Positions 31,711-42,333 are shown, numbered from the stretch's first letter. The stretch is 64,000 nucleotides of DNA from an uncultured bacterium (GCA_963729625.1 CAVSOU010000017.1:128001-192000); one strand, 5' to 3'. Notes: generated from the sequence alone by a model not told the origin. Program-made: numbers and translations.

Positions 31711-33729
31711 TCACGCATCGAAGTCTTCGATGACGTAGTCATCGTGCGGGGGCGGCCGTTTTCTCGAGCCACGCGGGAGCCGGCGAAGCAACTGGCGCGC
31801 CGGGATGTCGTCACCGGAAATGGCGTCGCCCGACGAGATACCGTTGCCTCCGGCACCAACGTCGTCGATCTCGGCATCGCCGGCAGCCACGTCGTCCATC
31901 CGCACGATGCCATCGCCGAACTGCTCGTGATACAGCCCGGCGTAGACTCCACCTTTCTCGATCAGCTCCCGATGCGTGCCGCGCTCAACGATACGGCCGG
32001 CGACCACGACCAGAATCTGGTCGGCGGCCAGGATCGTGGAAAGACGGTGGGCCACGGCGAGGGTAGTGCGGCCGGCCATGAGTGGCTGCAGAGCTCGTTG
32101 TATGAAACGCTCGGAGTGCGTGTCGAGAGAGCTCGTCGCCTCGTCCAGAATGAGAATTCTGGGGTCTTTCAGGATCACCCTGGCGATGGCCAGCCGTTGC
32201 TTCTCGCCGCCGGACATCCGGTAACCTCGCTCGCCAACAATCGTGTCGTATCCATCCGGCAATTCCATGATCCGGTCGTGGATATAGGCAGCTCGGGCGG
32301 CGGCGATGACTTGCTCGTCGGAAGCGTCGGGGAGGCCGTACGTCAGGTTCGCGCGCACGCTCGCGTGCAGCAGGTAGGTCTCCTGCGTGACCATGCCGAG
32401 ACTGCGACCCAGACTTTCCAGGGTGACGTCGCGCACATCGTGCCCATCGATCTCCAGGCTCCCCGAACCGACGTCGTAGAAGCGTGGAAGCAAGTAGGTG
32501 GTAGTCGTCTTGCCGGCGCCGCTCGGCCCCACCAGGGCTACAAGCTGGCCCGGCTGGGCCTCGAAGTCGATATCGACCAAGGCCGGCTGGCCGGTCAGGT
32601 ATTCGAAGCCCACATGCCGGTAGCGAATGTGACCTTGTACATCTGTCAGCTCTACCGCGCCGGGCCGATTGGTGATCTCGACCGGCAAATCCAGATACTC
32701 GAAGATGCGATCGAAGAGAGCCAGAGCGCCCTGAATGTCGAGGTTCACACTCAACAGAGAGCCAAGTGGCATGAAGAGGCGGCTCTGCAAATTAGTAAAT
32801 GCGACGAGGTAGCCCAGGCTCAGCGAGCCGCTGATTACCTGGCGTCCGCCAACGTAATAGATCAACGCCGGCGCGGCGGCGAAGAACGTCTGAATGAGCG
32901 CCATGAACCAACGACCGATCATGTTCTGCCGCACCTGCAGCGCCATCAGCGTCTCGTTCTCGTTCGCGAACCGCTGCGTCTCTGCTTGCTGGCGGCCAAA
33001 GCTCTTCACGAGAAGCGCGCCGCTGACGCTGAGCGTCTCCTCCAGAATGGTGGAGATCTTTGCCAGCGAGACCTGCGTCTCCTTGCTCACGCCACGCCTG
33101 GTCTTGCCCATTTTGTACGTCGGGTAGAGGAACAGCGGAACGAGACACAATGACACGACGGTCAGCTTCCAGTTGACTTCCACCATGACGACCAGCGTGC
33201 TGACGACCACGACGATGTTGTTGATCGTCGAGCTGAACGTGCTGGTCACCACGCTCTGGACGCCGTTCACATCGTTATTCAGACGTGAGATAATCTCTCC
33301 CGTCTTGGTGGCGGTGAAGAATCGCAGCGACATGGCTTGCAGATGACCGTAGAGGCGCACCCGGAAATCGCGCATTACGCCCTGACCGATCGCCGTTGTC
33401 AAATACGTCTGCCCGACGCCGATCAGACCGCTGACTACCGGGGTGAAGAACATGATGGCAACGAGCACCGTCAGCTCGTTCACGTTCCGGTGGCCGAGCG
33501 CCTGATCGATGATCAGGGCCATCACCACCGGACTAACCAGGCCGAGGCCGGCGACGACAAGAATTGTCGCCAGGACCACCAGTGAGCGGCCGCCATAGGG
33601 GACAAAGGCCTGCACGACGCGCAGGAAGGTCCCACGTCGCGCGCGGTGGTCGGCCCCCTCGCGGACGCTCCTCATGGCCGCGCCCATGCCCATACCCATG
33701 CCGCCACCATGCATCATGATCGCCACCAT
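31711..33729 (-). CDS. ABC exporter, fused permease/ATPase (MsbA/MdlB type)
   Basis: TM domain; GPSGAGKTT, MSGGEKQR, ILDEATSSLD, AHRLST; start uncertain. Confidence 0.93.
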   Translation of the reverse strand: MVAIMMHGGGMGMGMGAAMRSVREGADHRARRGTFLRVVQAFVPYGGRSLVVLATILVVAGLGLVSPVVMALIIDQALGHRNVNELTVLVAIMFFTPVVSGLIGVGQTYLTTAIGQGVMRDFRVRLYGHLQAMSLRFFTATKTGEIISRLNNDVNGVQSVVTSTFSSTINNIVVVVSTLVVMVEVNWKLTVVSLCLVPLFLYPTYKMGKTRRGVSKETQVSLAKISTILEETLSVSGALLVKSFGRQQAETQRFANENETLMALQVRQNMIGRWFMALIQTFFAAAPALIYYVGGRQVISGSLSLGYLVAFTNLQSRLFMPLGSLLSVNLDIQGALALFDRIFEYLDLPVEITNRPGAVELTDVQGHIRYRHVGFEYLTGQPALVDIDFEAQPGQLVALVGPSGAGKTTTTYLLPRFYDVGSGSLEIDGHDVRDVTLESLGRSLGMVTQETYLLHASVRANLTYGLPDASDEQVIAAARAAYIHDRIMELPDGYDTIVGERGYRMSGGEKQRLAIARVILKDPRILILDEATSSLDTHSERFIQRALQPLMAGRTTLAVAHRLSTILAADQILVVVAGRIVERGTHRELIEKGGVYAGLYHEQFGDGIVRMDDVAAGDAEIDDVGAGGNGISSGDAISGDDIPARQLLRRLPRGSRKRPPPHDDYVIEDFDA

Positions 33730-33998
33730 CTGTCGGTTGCGTGCTGTATCGGTAACCCCGGCCACGAATTGCCATCGTGGTCACCCGGACCGCTACGTTC
33801 ATCATAGGCGCTTCGTCGCATACGCCGTCGCGCCATGCTGCCGGGCAGTGCATGAAACTCTCGATATGATGTCGAGATAGCGATGCCAGCCATGGGTGTC
33901 GATGATGCCAGGGTAGCCCCGCGCGTCCAGTGCTCTGGTACAATGCCGGGAACCACGCCTCGTCGTTTTACCTTTTCACACGCATATGAGGTGCCGCC

Positions 33999-35276
33999 TT
34001 GCAGCTCAATCACGCATCACCCGAACAGCTTCGCCAATGGGAGCAGGAGCTTGCCGTCCGGTACGCCGGCTTTCGTCAGGCGAAGCTCAACCTGGATCTC
34101 ACTCGCGGCAAACCCTCGGGCAGCCAGCTATCGCTTTCCGATTCGCTCGACGGCCTGCTAGCAGGTGACTACAGGGCCCCGGATGGCACGGACACCCGCA
34201 ATTACGGCGGGCTCGACGGACTACCCGAGCTGAGAGCCCTGTACGCGCAGGTGCTCGGCGTGAAGCCGGACGAGGTTCTGATCGGTGGCAACAGCAGCTT
34301 GACGCTGATGCATCAGGTACTGACCTTTGCTCATTTCCTCGGCCTGCGCAAGCCGGAGGATGCCTGGGCGCCTCAAGGCAAGGTCAAGTTCATCGCCCTC
34401 GTGCCAGGCTACGATCGCCATTTCGCTATCTGCGAGCACCTCGGCATCGCCATGATCCCGGTAGCCATCGGCGCGGCGGGGCCGGATATGGACGAAGTGG
34501 AGCGATTGGTCGCCTCCGATCGGTCCATCAAAGGCATTTGGTGCGTGCCTCGCTTCTCCAATCCTTCGGGAGAAGTCTACGACCCCGCGGTAGTCGAGCG
34601 CATGGCCGCGCTTGGCAAGATTGCCGCGCCCAACTTCCTGATCATGTGGGACAACGCCTACGCGCTCCACGCCCTGGAGGATGATGCGCCCGAACTGGCC
34701 GGTCTGATGGACGCCTGCCGCCGCCAGGGCACGGAGAACAGCGTGATCATGTTTGGATCCACGTCCAAGGTCACCTTCTCCGGAGCCGGCGTAGCTTTCT
34801 CCGGCGCCTCGAAGGAGAACCTGGCGGCGCTCCGCAAGCACCTGAGCATCGTCACCATCGGTGCGGACAAGGTGAATCAGTTGCGGCATCTCAGGCTCAC
34901 ACCGGACCTCGAAGCCCTCAGGGCCCAAATGCGAAGGCATGCTGCTTTGCTCAAGCCCCGCTTCGACATGGTGCTCAGGCATTTGCGCGAGAACCTGGCC
35001 GGCTCCGGCATGGGCGACTGGACAGAGCCGAAGGGCGGCTACTTCATCTCCTTCAATGCGCTGCCCGGTCTTGCCAGGGACGTCGTGAGACTGGCGGCGG
35101 ATGCCGGCGTCAAGCTGACACCCGCGGGCGCCACCTGGCCATATGGCAAGGATCCCGAAGACAGGAACATCCGTATCGCGCCCAGCTTCCCGTCGTTGGA
35201 GGAGATCGACCGCGCCATGCAGGTCTTCGTGGTCTGCGTGCAGCTGGCCAGCGTGCGGCATAAGCTTGCGCGGTAG
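33999..35276 (+). CDS. PLP-dependent aminotransferase (Corynebacterium AspB-like family)
   Basis: LDLTRGKP, RNYGG, PGYDRHF, WDNAY, STSKVTF, GGYFIS, NIRIAPS. Confidence 0.9.
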   Translation: MQLNHASPEQLRQWEQELAVRYAGFRQAKLNLDLTRGKPSGSQLSLSDSLDGLLAGDYRAPDGTDTRNYGGLDGLPELRALYAQVLGVKPDEVLIGGNSSLTLMHQVLTFAHFLGLRKPEDAWAPQGKVKFIALVPGYDRHFAICEHLGIAMIPVAIGAAGPDMDEVERLVASDRSIKGIWCVPRFSNPSGEVYDPAVVERMAALGKIAAPNFLIMWDNAYALHALEDDAPELAGLMDACRRQGTENSVIMFGSTSKVTFSGAGVAFSGASKENLAALRKHLSIVTIGADKVNQLRHLRLTPDLEALRAQMRRHAALLKPRFDMVLRHLRENLAGSGMGDWTEPKGGYFISFNALPGLARDVVRLAADAGVKLTPAGATWPYGKDPEDRNIRIAPSFPSLEEIDRAMQVFVVCVQLASVRHKLAR

Positions 35277-36279
35277 GCGACGACGAGGGCGCTCGGCAGG
35301 AATTCGGCTCCGGCGCGGCCAGCTAGCGCCGGAGCCGGGCACGCTACTGTGGCGCGGCATTCGCTTCCGGTAGGAGTGGCGGCGCATCGTTGCCAGCAGG
35401 GCCGATCTCACCTTGCTTCCACTGTGGCCGGGATAGTGGGTATAGGACTCCGGCTCTGTTCGGCACGCGAAACCGGCCCCATCCGAACAGCCATATGCCT
35501 CTGGAATTCTGCTTGCGCCAACCACTGCCCGTAGCATCTCGACCAATTTGGATGTGCGGGCCCACCGCCAGCAGCGTGAAAGCGAGAGCCTCACTGCGAC
35601 AATGGGCCGGCTGGGAGAGCAGACGATGCCACACATGATCACATATGCAGGTGGGATGTATATTCAAGCACTGTTCCATGCATCGTAGTTACGGCCACCA
35701 GCTTCATGCATAGCTATGCGCAGCAGCGAATCGGCCAATCCTGGAGGCCTCGGCGCGCCCGCGCAACCAGCGCCGTCTTGCCAGGGATCCGCGCCGTGCT
35801 ACACTCGGCAGCCGAGCGTACGCCCTTCGGCCGTTACAAGACCATCTATTGCCCAGCCTGGCTCTACCGAGAAAGGCGCAGTCTTCGCTGCTTGAGAAGC
35901 CGCCGATCCGGATTGGGCCGTTGAGGCGGGAACGGAGGACCGAGACGCTGCCATGCCGGCTGGGCCTGCCCGGCTGCCTGCGGAGGAAGTGGCCATGGTT
36001 CCTCACTGTTCGAGGCGTGCCGAGCCGGCAGGCTGCACCCTACGCGCCACCGAGTAGTCCGCCCCAGCGCAAGTAGCCTAACCACGATCAGCCTAATCGT
36101 GCTTAGGTTAATCAGTGCCTGGCAAGACTCCTGACCGTAGCCGCGGCCGAAGGCGTTAAGCTGGTCGCCGTCGAGGATCTCTACGAGACTCGCTGGGCGC
36201 AGCCGATCTCGAGATCCGGCACCGGCAGGCCGTACGCGCCGAGTGAGAAGGAAAGCTCGCCGCCGTGGTGCAGGCACCA

Positions 36280-36699
36280 CTATGAACTGGTTGTCGCTTG
36301 TGCGCGGAGGCGTTCCTCATTCTCCTTGAGCTCCGGCGTGAGCGCATCGCCGAAATCTGCAGCCTCGAACACGGGGCGAATCTCAATCTCGTCACCGTCG
36401 GCAAATGGGGCGCGCTTGATCCATTCGATTGCCTCTTCCCTGGACTTCACCTGCCACAACCAGAAACCGGCTACCAGCTCTTTGGCTTCGGCGAAAGGGC
36501 CATCGATGACGGTCTGTTTCCCGCCGGAGAACCTGACGCGAGCGGCTTTCGATGAAGGATGTAGCCCCTCACCTGCGAGCAGCACGCCTGCTTTGACCAA
36601 TTCTTCGTTGAACTTGCCCATGGCCGTAAGCAGCTTCTCGTCCGGCATGGCGCCCGCCTCGTAGCCTGCGTTGCCCTTGACCAAAACCATGACCTTCAT
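36280..36699 (-). CDS. YciI/DGPF-domain protein
   Basis: IDGPFAEAKELVAGFW; AGGAGG RBS. Confidence 0.9.
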   Translation of the reverse strand: MKVMVLVKGNAGYEAGAMPDEKLLTAMGKFNEELVKAGVLLAGEGLHPSSKAARVRFSGGKQTVIDGPFAEAKELVAGFWLWQVKSREEAIEWIKRAPFADGDEIEIRPVFEAADFGDALTPELKENEERLRAQATTSS

Positions 36700-36972
36700 T
36701 GCTGAACTCCTCCTGCATGCTGCGCCGGGATCCCAGACTACCTTGACCGGCTGAACCCTCGCTCTACGTAGTACGTCGAACAAGGAACGACGAAATCGAC
36801 AAGCTCAGTATCCTTGTCTGATCTAAACGTAGCTCACCGCAAGCTGTGCCGCTTGGACGACGGCGGCAGACAGGTCCCTCGCGCTCATCAGGCCTCCATC
36901 GAACGCGCAAGTGAGCTGTACCTGCGTACGGCCTGGTAGCCACGATTCGCCGCGATACGGCCTTTTGCACTC

Positions 36973-37001
36973 TTGACAGCGTGCTTGGTGATGGTCAGAA
37001 T
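36973..37001 (+). promoter_or_regulatory. Putative sigma70 promoter
   Basis: TTGACA-17 nt-CAGAAT about 195 nt upstream of the nitroreductase ATG. Confidence 0.45.
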
Positions 37002-37196
37002 GCGAACCAAAGGACGCAGGAGGATGTCTCCCGTGGTGTTACCGGCTTGTGGCGAGACGAGGCCCTGACGGCCAGGTTGAATGGCTGCCCGCAGCAGCCT
37101 GATGACGTATCAGATGAGAGTTGAGACGGCGCGGAGCCATGCGACGTGCCTGGTGATGAGCCGGCAGGATGTGGCCATGCCGGGGAGAGTGCAACG

Positions 37197-37964
37197 ATGA
37201 CCGATACCCTCCGCACGATCCACCAATTGCGCAGCATTCACGGCGATTTTTCGGAACGAGAGATCTCGACCGACGACTTGACGACGATCCTCAACGCTGC
37301 GGTCAGGGCGGCTACGGCCTCGGCGCGGCAGAGTTACTCCATTATCGTCATCGATGATAAGCTCGTGATGCGCGAGTACCTCTCTTATGTCGGCAGCAAG
37401 GCACTGTTGTTCTGCGTGGACTTCACGCGCATCGCCGACACGGCAGCCCTTCTGGGTCATCCCTATGAAGTACCGGAGATTCTGGGCTTTATCACCGGCA
37501 GTTCAGACACGATCCTTGCCGCCCAAACCGCCGCGATCGCGGCGAAGTCACTCGGCATCGACTCCCTGTTTACCAATAGCGTGCACCGGTTGGATCTGCG
37601 TCAACTCTATGAGCATTTCCAGCTGCCCGAGCGCCACTGCTTCCCACTCATCGCGCTGATCCTGGGCTACCCGCAGTATGAGCCGAGCGATCGGGTCGAG
37701 CGTTTGACGGGCCCCGGCGTGATTCACTTCGACCACTATTCACGTATGACCAGAGAAGAAATGGGCGATCTCATCCAAGCCTTCGACGATCCTGACGAGC
37801 ATCTGGGCATGAGCTCCAATTGGCGCGAGCTGGGGTACGGCCATTACCTGGACTGGTACTACTCTGCCTGGGATGGTTCCGGTTTTCCCACCGACAAGCT
37901 GTCGGAGTTGTACACGGTGCTGGGAGAGGCTGGCTTTGTGCGGAAAGCAATGGCTAGCCGGTAG
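37197..37964 (+). CDS. Nitroreductase family (NfsA/FRP-like)
   Basis: LRSIH, AATASARQSYSIIV, FCVDF, AAQTAAIAAKSLG, LILGYP. Confidence 0.85.
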   Translation: MTDTLRTIHQLRSIHGDFSEREISTDDLTTILNAAVRAATASARQSYSIIVIDDKLVMREYLSYVGSKALLFCVDFTRIADTAALLGHPYEVPEILGFITGSSDTILAAQTAAIAAKSLGIDSLFTNSVHRLDLRQLYEHFQLPERHCFPLIALILGYPQYEPSDRVERLTGPGVIHFDHYSRMTREEMGDLIQAFDDPDEHLGMSSNWRELGYGHYLDWYYSAWDGSGFPTDKLSELYTVLGEAGFVRKAMASR

Positions 37965-37978
37965 GAGAGATCGCCCCT

Positions 37979-38740
37979 TCATAAAGAACATTTCGATTGC
38001 CGCCGCATGAAACGGAAGAACTCATCGTGCTGCCGCAGTGTGTCCAGCACAAGATCCGCGCCGGTCTCCTGCAGCTGCCGGGAGGAGTAGGCGCCGGTCG
38101 CGACCGCCACCACCTGGATGCCCGCGGCTCTCGCGCACGCCACATCGCGGGGTGAGTCTCCCACGATGAAGAACTGCTCCAGGGCAAAATCCCGTCCGAG
38201 AATCTTTTGAGCTTTCTTCTGGGCGATAGGTACCAGGTCCGCTCGCGAGGAGGCCATGCAGCCAAACGCGCCAAAGGCGAAGAAGTCTTTGAGACCGGCG
38301 CGTTCCATCTTGGTCCAGCCGATGCTCTCCTCGTTTCCCGTGAGCAGCCCGAGGGGCCGGCCCTCGTCGTGAAGCCGTTGCAGCAAGGCCGAGACGCCGT
38401 CGAGCACGATATACTCGGCCTCGTCGCGGTGCGCAGCGAAGTACTCCGACATCGCGGCCATCGCGGCGTCTATTCCAGCACGCGCTTGCTGCTCGGTGCC
38501 GCCGTTGAGCACGACCATCTCGGCAATGATCTGGGTGTCGATCATCCCGTGCATGGATATGCCCGCCACCAGCGGATCCACGATGCCGTAGACACATCGC
38601 AGCGCGTGGAAAAAGGCGCGTCGGTGCACGATGTTGCCGCCTGCGAGCAAGGTACTGTCGATGTCGAACAAGGGGATAGCGATCGCATGGATGCCGGTAT
38701 CGCCAGGCGTCTCCCCAAGTATCACAGTTGTACCCTTCAT
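37979..38740 (-). CDS. HAD-family hydrolase
   Basis: LFDIDSTL, LLTGN, VGDSPRD, AVATG. Confidence 0.85.
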   Translation of the reverse strand: MKGTTVILGETPGDTGIHAIAIPLFDIDSTLLAGGNIVHRRAFFHALRCVYGIVDPLVAGISMHGMIDTQIIAEMVVLNGGTEQQARAGIDAAMAAMSEYFAAHRDEAEYIVLDGVSALLQRLHDEGRPLGLLTGNEESIGWTKMERAGLKDFFAFGAFGCMASSRADLVPIAQKKAQKILGRDFALEQFFIVGDSPRDVACARAAGIQVVAVATGAYSSRQLQETGADLVLDTLRQHDEFFRFMRRQSKCSL

Positions 38741-38869
38741 GTTTGCCGATCGTGAGAGGTGAATGCCCCCCACCGTGAAACCCTCGTACCCGCATGGTGT
38801 ACTGCAGAGCCCTCGTCCGCGCATACGACGGTAGTATGGTCCATGCCAGCACCGACCAGCGTCATCGCC

Positions 38870-39830
38870 GTGTCGATCGCCAATGGCCTATCGAGGGCCT
38901 TTGCCAACCGGCCAATGGCAAGGTAGTCAGGCCGAAAGGCATGGCCCCACAGACTGAGGCAGTGCGCCTCGTCAACCACCAGCAGCGCGACGCCGACGCA
39001 CCGCAAAGCGTGTAGCAACCTGGCGTGACGTAGCCGCTCTGGGGCCACATACTCCAGATTGTACGCGCCGTCCGCCATCCGGCAAAGCCGGTTCTTGAGT
39101 TCCTCAGCTGGCAGTGTGCTGTTGATCACGCAGGCCCTGCTCGGCGAGGGCCGGAACATCGGCCAGCCCCACTATCTGATCGGCCATCAGCGCGACAAGC
39201 GGCGAGACGACGAGTACGACGCCTGGGAGCACCAATGCCGGTAGCTGGAAGCAGAGGGACTTTCCCGCGCCTGTTGGCAACATGGCCAGCGTGTCTTTGG
39301 CATCGCTCAGAACCGACCTGAGCACCGCGGCTTGACCGGGCTTGAACGAGCCGTGGCCATAGTGCTCAAACAGGATGCTTGCCAGGTCATCACGCGGAAC
39401 CTCGTCCGCCTCGACGGTCATCTGAGCGAGGCGGTCCGCCCCGGGTGGCGCGCTATGGCCGGACGCAACCAAGCGTGGAGCCGAGCTAGCCTGAGTGCGG
39501 CTCCACGCGGACCGACGAGGCGCTGCACGTGTCTCAGCCAGCTTCGCACGCAGGTGTTCGGCCAGCACCCTGAGCGCGTCGCGGGACGCGGCTTCCGTCG
39601 ACTCGCGGTCTTCGGGACACAGCTCTAGCAGTCTGCGAAGTAGTGCCGGCTTGGCGTCAGTACCGCAGATCTGGATGGTGCCACGCAGCACACCGGCGGC
39701 ACCGGCAACATCACCCGCCTGGTCCGGGACGTCAGCGAGGCCGCGCAGCGCCTCAATGTGATCCGGGCGCATTGCCAGCGCTTCGCGGAATTCTTGCTCC
39801 GCTTCGTCCAGGGGCTTGCGTGCGAGCGCG
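38870..39830 (-). pseudogene. recQ: TPR + RecQ helicase relic (frameshifted, truncated)
   Basis: EAEQEFREAL..PDHIEAL TPR; FKPGQ, LPTGAGKSLCFQLPA, SPLVALMADQ; frameshift near 39135; YVAPER, VVDEAHCLSLWGHAFRPDY; then lost before motif III. Confidence 0.8.
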
Positions 39831-40005
39831 ATGAGACCACGCGCGGCGGCCGGGGCAACCGATCACGGCCCCGCGACGGACTCGATGCCGCACGCTGTCT
39901 CAGCCGCCGTGTCCAGATTGCCAGCGGCAAGATGGTCATGCAGCAGTATCATGCGCGGCAAGTAACTATCCCGCGCTTGCCGGCGCAGCTCGGCGCACGC
40001 CAGAG

Positions 40006-40161
40006 CTATTTGGAGACGAAGTACGGTAAGTCATCCTTCTTGGCAAAGCCAGATAGCTGCCCATCCGGGCTGACGCGAATATCGACCAGACGCTGGATAT
40101 CGTGTTGGCACAGCAGACCGAAAAAGCCTTCGGCGCGCTTCTGAGTAAAGCCGATAGTATA
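40006..40161 (-). pseudogene. DUF488-family N-terminal fragment (not in ORF track)
   Basis: Manual translation YTIGFTQKRAEGFFGLLCQHDIQRLVDIRVSPDGQLSGFAKKDDLPYFVSK*; no adjacent start codon. Confidence 0.7.
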
Positions 40162-40263
40162 TGGACTGTAACGATGCGATCTTCAGCAAGTGTTTGATCG
40201 CTTCAATGAACCAATCGCGCGTCATGACTGCCGCATAATCAACGAACTGTCAACTACTTTACA

Positions 40264-40298
40264 TTGACATCTAGAAGTTTTGTTCTAGAATATTCTAG
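40264..40298 (+). promoter_or_regulatory. sigma70 promoter overlapped by palindromic operator(s), LexA-like
   Basis: TTGACA-16 nt-TAGAAT; CTAGAAGTTTTGTTCTAG (GAAG-N4-GTTC) at 40271-40288; perfect CTAGAATATTCTAG at 40285-40298. Confidence 0.55.
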
Positions 40299-40344
40299 CA
40301 AGGATGTACTACGTAGTGGCAGCGGATGCCAAGGAGTGGGGACC

Positions 40345-40881
40345 ATGCATGAGGATGCGATCATCGCCGAGGTGGCCCACCGGATGGGCGTTTCGGAAGA
40401 ACGACTGCGCGCGAGGGACCGCACTCCGCACGTGGCTGCCGCGAGGCACGCTGCATTCTGGGCTCTCAACCGGGCAGGGCTCAATCCAGCCCAGATCGCT
40501 CGCTATCTTGGTCTCAACCACTCTACCGTCGTCCACGGCTTGGCGCGCGCCGAGCAGCATCCGGAGTGGCGCGCCCTAGTGGCCCCGGCCATTCAACAGG
40601 TGAGCGCTGGCGGGGAGCGGCAGGCGACCAAGGCGCGGCTCATTCACGAGCTGCGCGCGGCGCCGCTATTGGAGCGCCGCGCAATCAGCGACTATGTTAC
40701 CTGCACCATTCTGGGATGGGAACGCCATGCAGGCAGCTCCTGTGCATACGGGCTGTGGCTGCTGCTCCACCGGCCCTGGTACCGGGCCGCCGTGGAAAAC
40801 GCGTTGCGTCATTCCGACCTGGAGCATGAGATCGGGCGCATTGATCTCCATGCTACTCGTCTCGGGTACCGGGCCAGCTGA
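40345..40881 (+). CDS. Protein with N-terminal DnaA domain IV (Bac_DnaA_C)-like HTH
   Basis: AAGGAG RBS; IIAEVAHRMGVSEERL..RDRT..VAAARHAAFW..IARYLGLNHSTVVHG. Confidence 0.75.
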   Translation: MHEDAIIAEVAHRMGVSEERLRARDRTPHVAAARHAAFWALNRAGLNPAQIARYLGLNHSTVVHGLARAEQHPEWRALVAPAIQQVSAGGERQATKARLIHELRAAPLLERRAISDYVTCTILGWERHAGSSCAYGLWLLLHRPWYRAAVENALRHSDLEHEIGRIDLHATRLGYRAS

Positions 40882-40996
40882 CGTCAGCCTTCTGCCTCTG
40901 CTCGCTGGGCCAGTGAGTCGCGAGATTCTCCTAGACTAGGTAGGGCTGGTTATCGATGGCGCCAATCGATGCCCACTGGCGGTCTCGCGTCGACGA

Positions 40997-41989
40997 TTAC
41001 CACAGGTGATGCACCTGACTGCGGATGTCGCGATCGTAGATTTCCTGCACCGCGCGCATAGTCTCTTCGCTTAGAGGCGGCAGATCCGCCGCGCGCGCGT
41101 TGGATTCTGCCTGCTCCGCCGTCTTGGCTCCGGGGATCGCGCAGGTGACGGCATCGAACATCAGGATCCAGCGTAACGCCAGTTGCGCCAGGGTAGCGCC
41201 GGCCGGCACATTCCGTTTCAGTTCTTCCGCCGCGCGCAGGCCGCTCTCGAAGTCCACGCCGGAGAACGTTTCGCCGCGGTCAAACTGCTCGCCATGTCTG
41301 TTCGTGACACGGTGGTCGTCGGGATCGAAATGCCGATCACGCGTCATCTTGCCGCTGAGCAGACCGCTGGCTAGCGGCACGCGAGCCAGAATGCCCACAT
41401 TGTTCTGCTTTGCCTGCGGGAACACCTGCTCAACAGGCTTCAAGCGGAACATGTTGAAAATGATCTGGATCGTGGCCACGCCGGGATAGCGCATAGCTGC
41501 CACAGCCTCTTCGGTGGTCTCCACGCTCACGCCGTAGTTCTGGATCTTGCCGTCACGCTTGAGATCGTCCAGCGCGGCAAACGTGGCCGCATTGTCGTAG
41601 GTAGCGCGCGGCGGGCAGTGTAGCTGCACGAGGTCCAGCGCCTCGACGTCCAGGTTCCGCAACGACCGCTCAACGAAGGCTGTGAGGTTCTCCTTGTTAT
41701 AGCCCGCGGCTGTATGGGGATCGAGTCGCCTGCCGGCCTTCGTCGCCACGAAGATCTGCTCACCACGTTCCTTCAGCAACTGCCCGACCAGCCGTTCACT
41801 GCGCCCGTCGCCGTAGACGTCGGCCGTATCGACGAAGTTCACGCCCACGTCCACTGCCCGCCGCAGCGCCGCCAGCGACGTCCGGTCGTCGACCTCGCCC
41901 CAAGACCCACCGATCGCCCATGCGCCAAAGCTGATTGTCGAGACCTCGAAGCCTGTTTTCCCCAATGTCCGGTACTGCATGTCTTTCAC
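40997..41989 (-). CDS. Aldo/keto reductase
   Basis: FGAWAIGG, DTADVYGDGRSE, ATKAG, LVQLH, ARVPLASGLL, IPGAK. Confidence 0.93.
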   Translation of the reverse strand: MKDMQYRTLGKTGFEVSTISFGAWAIGGSWGEVDDRTSLAALRRAVDVGVNFVDTADVYGDGRSERLVGQLLKERGEQIFVATKAGRRLDPHTAAGYNKENLTAFVERSLRNLDVEALDLVQLHCPPRATYDNAATFAALDDLKRDGKIQNYGVSVETTEEAVAAMRYPGVATIQIIFNMFRLKPVEQVFPQAKQNNVGILARVPLASGLLSGKMTRDRHFDPDDHRVTNRHGEQFDRGETFSGVDFESGLRAAEELKRNVPAGATLAQLALRWILMFDAVTCAIPGAKTAEQAESNARAADLPPLSEETMRAVQEIYDRDIRSQVHHLW

Positions 41990-42304
41990 CTCCTCTCACC
42001 AGTCTACGGCCTATTGCACGCGCGCGTGCCGCCGCTCTCACCAAAGAGGCGGCATAGCCCCACATTGCGAAGAGTGTCCTTCCGCTTCGAAGCGGCCGTA
42101 AGGAGGCACATCGACTGATCCAACCCACCAGACCCCTCCCCTGGTCGGCTTTATCCAGCCCGCCCTGTGCACACGGCATGTACGCACGTCTACCGCTCCA
42201 CCGACCCCAAAGTTGCACATTTGCAACGCCAGGGGCCGCTGACTGCCCCAGTTCGTTATGCCTGTGTATACTTATGCATAGCCTGGTGACTGGTCGCGCA
42301 GGTA

Positions 42305-42333
42305 TTGACGAAAACGCAATGGGCCGTTATGCT
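42305..42333 (+). promoter_or_regulatory. Putative sigma70 promoter of the XRE-rep operon
   Basis: TTGACG-17 nt-TATGCT. Confidence 0.5.

Noticed and set aside
37090-37130. Hammerhead ribozyme suggested by CTGATGA
   Set aside because: No downstream GAAA core or compatible stems
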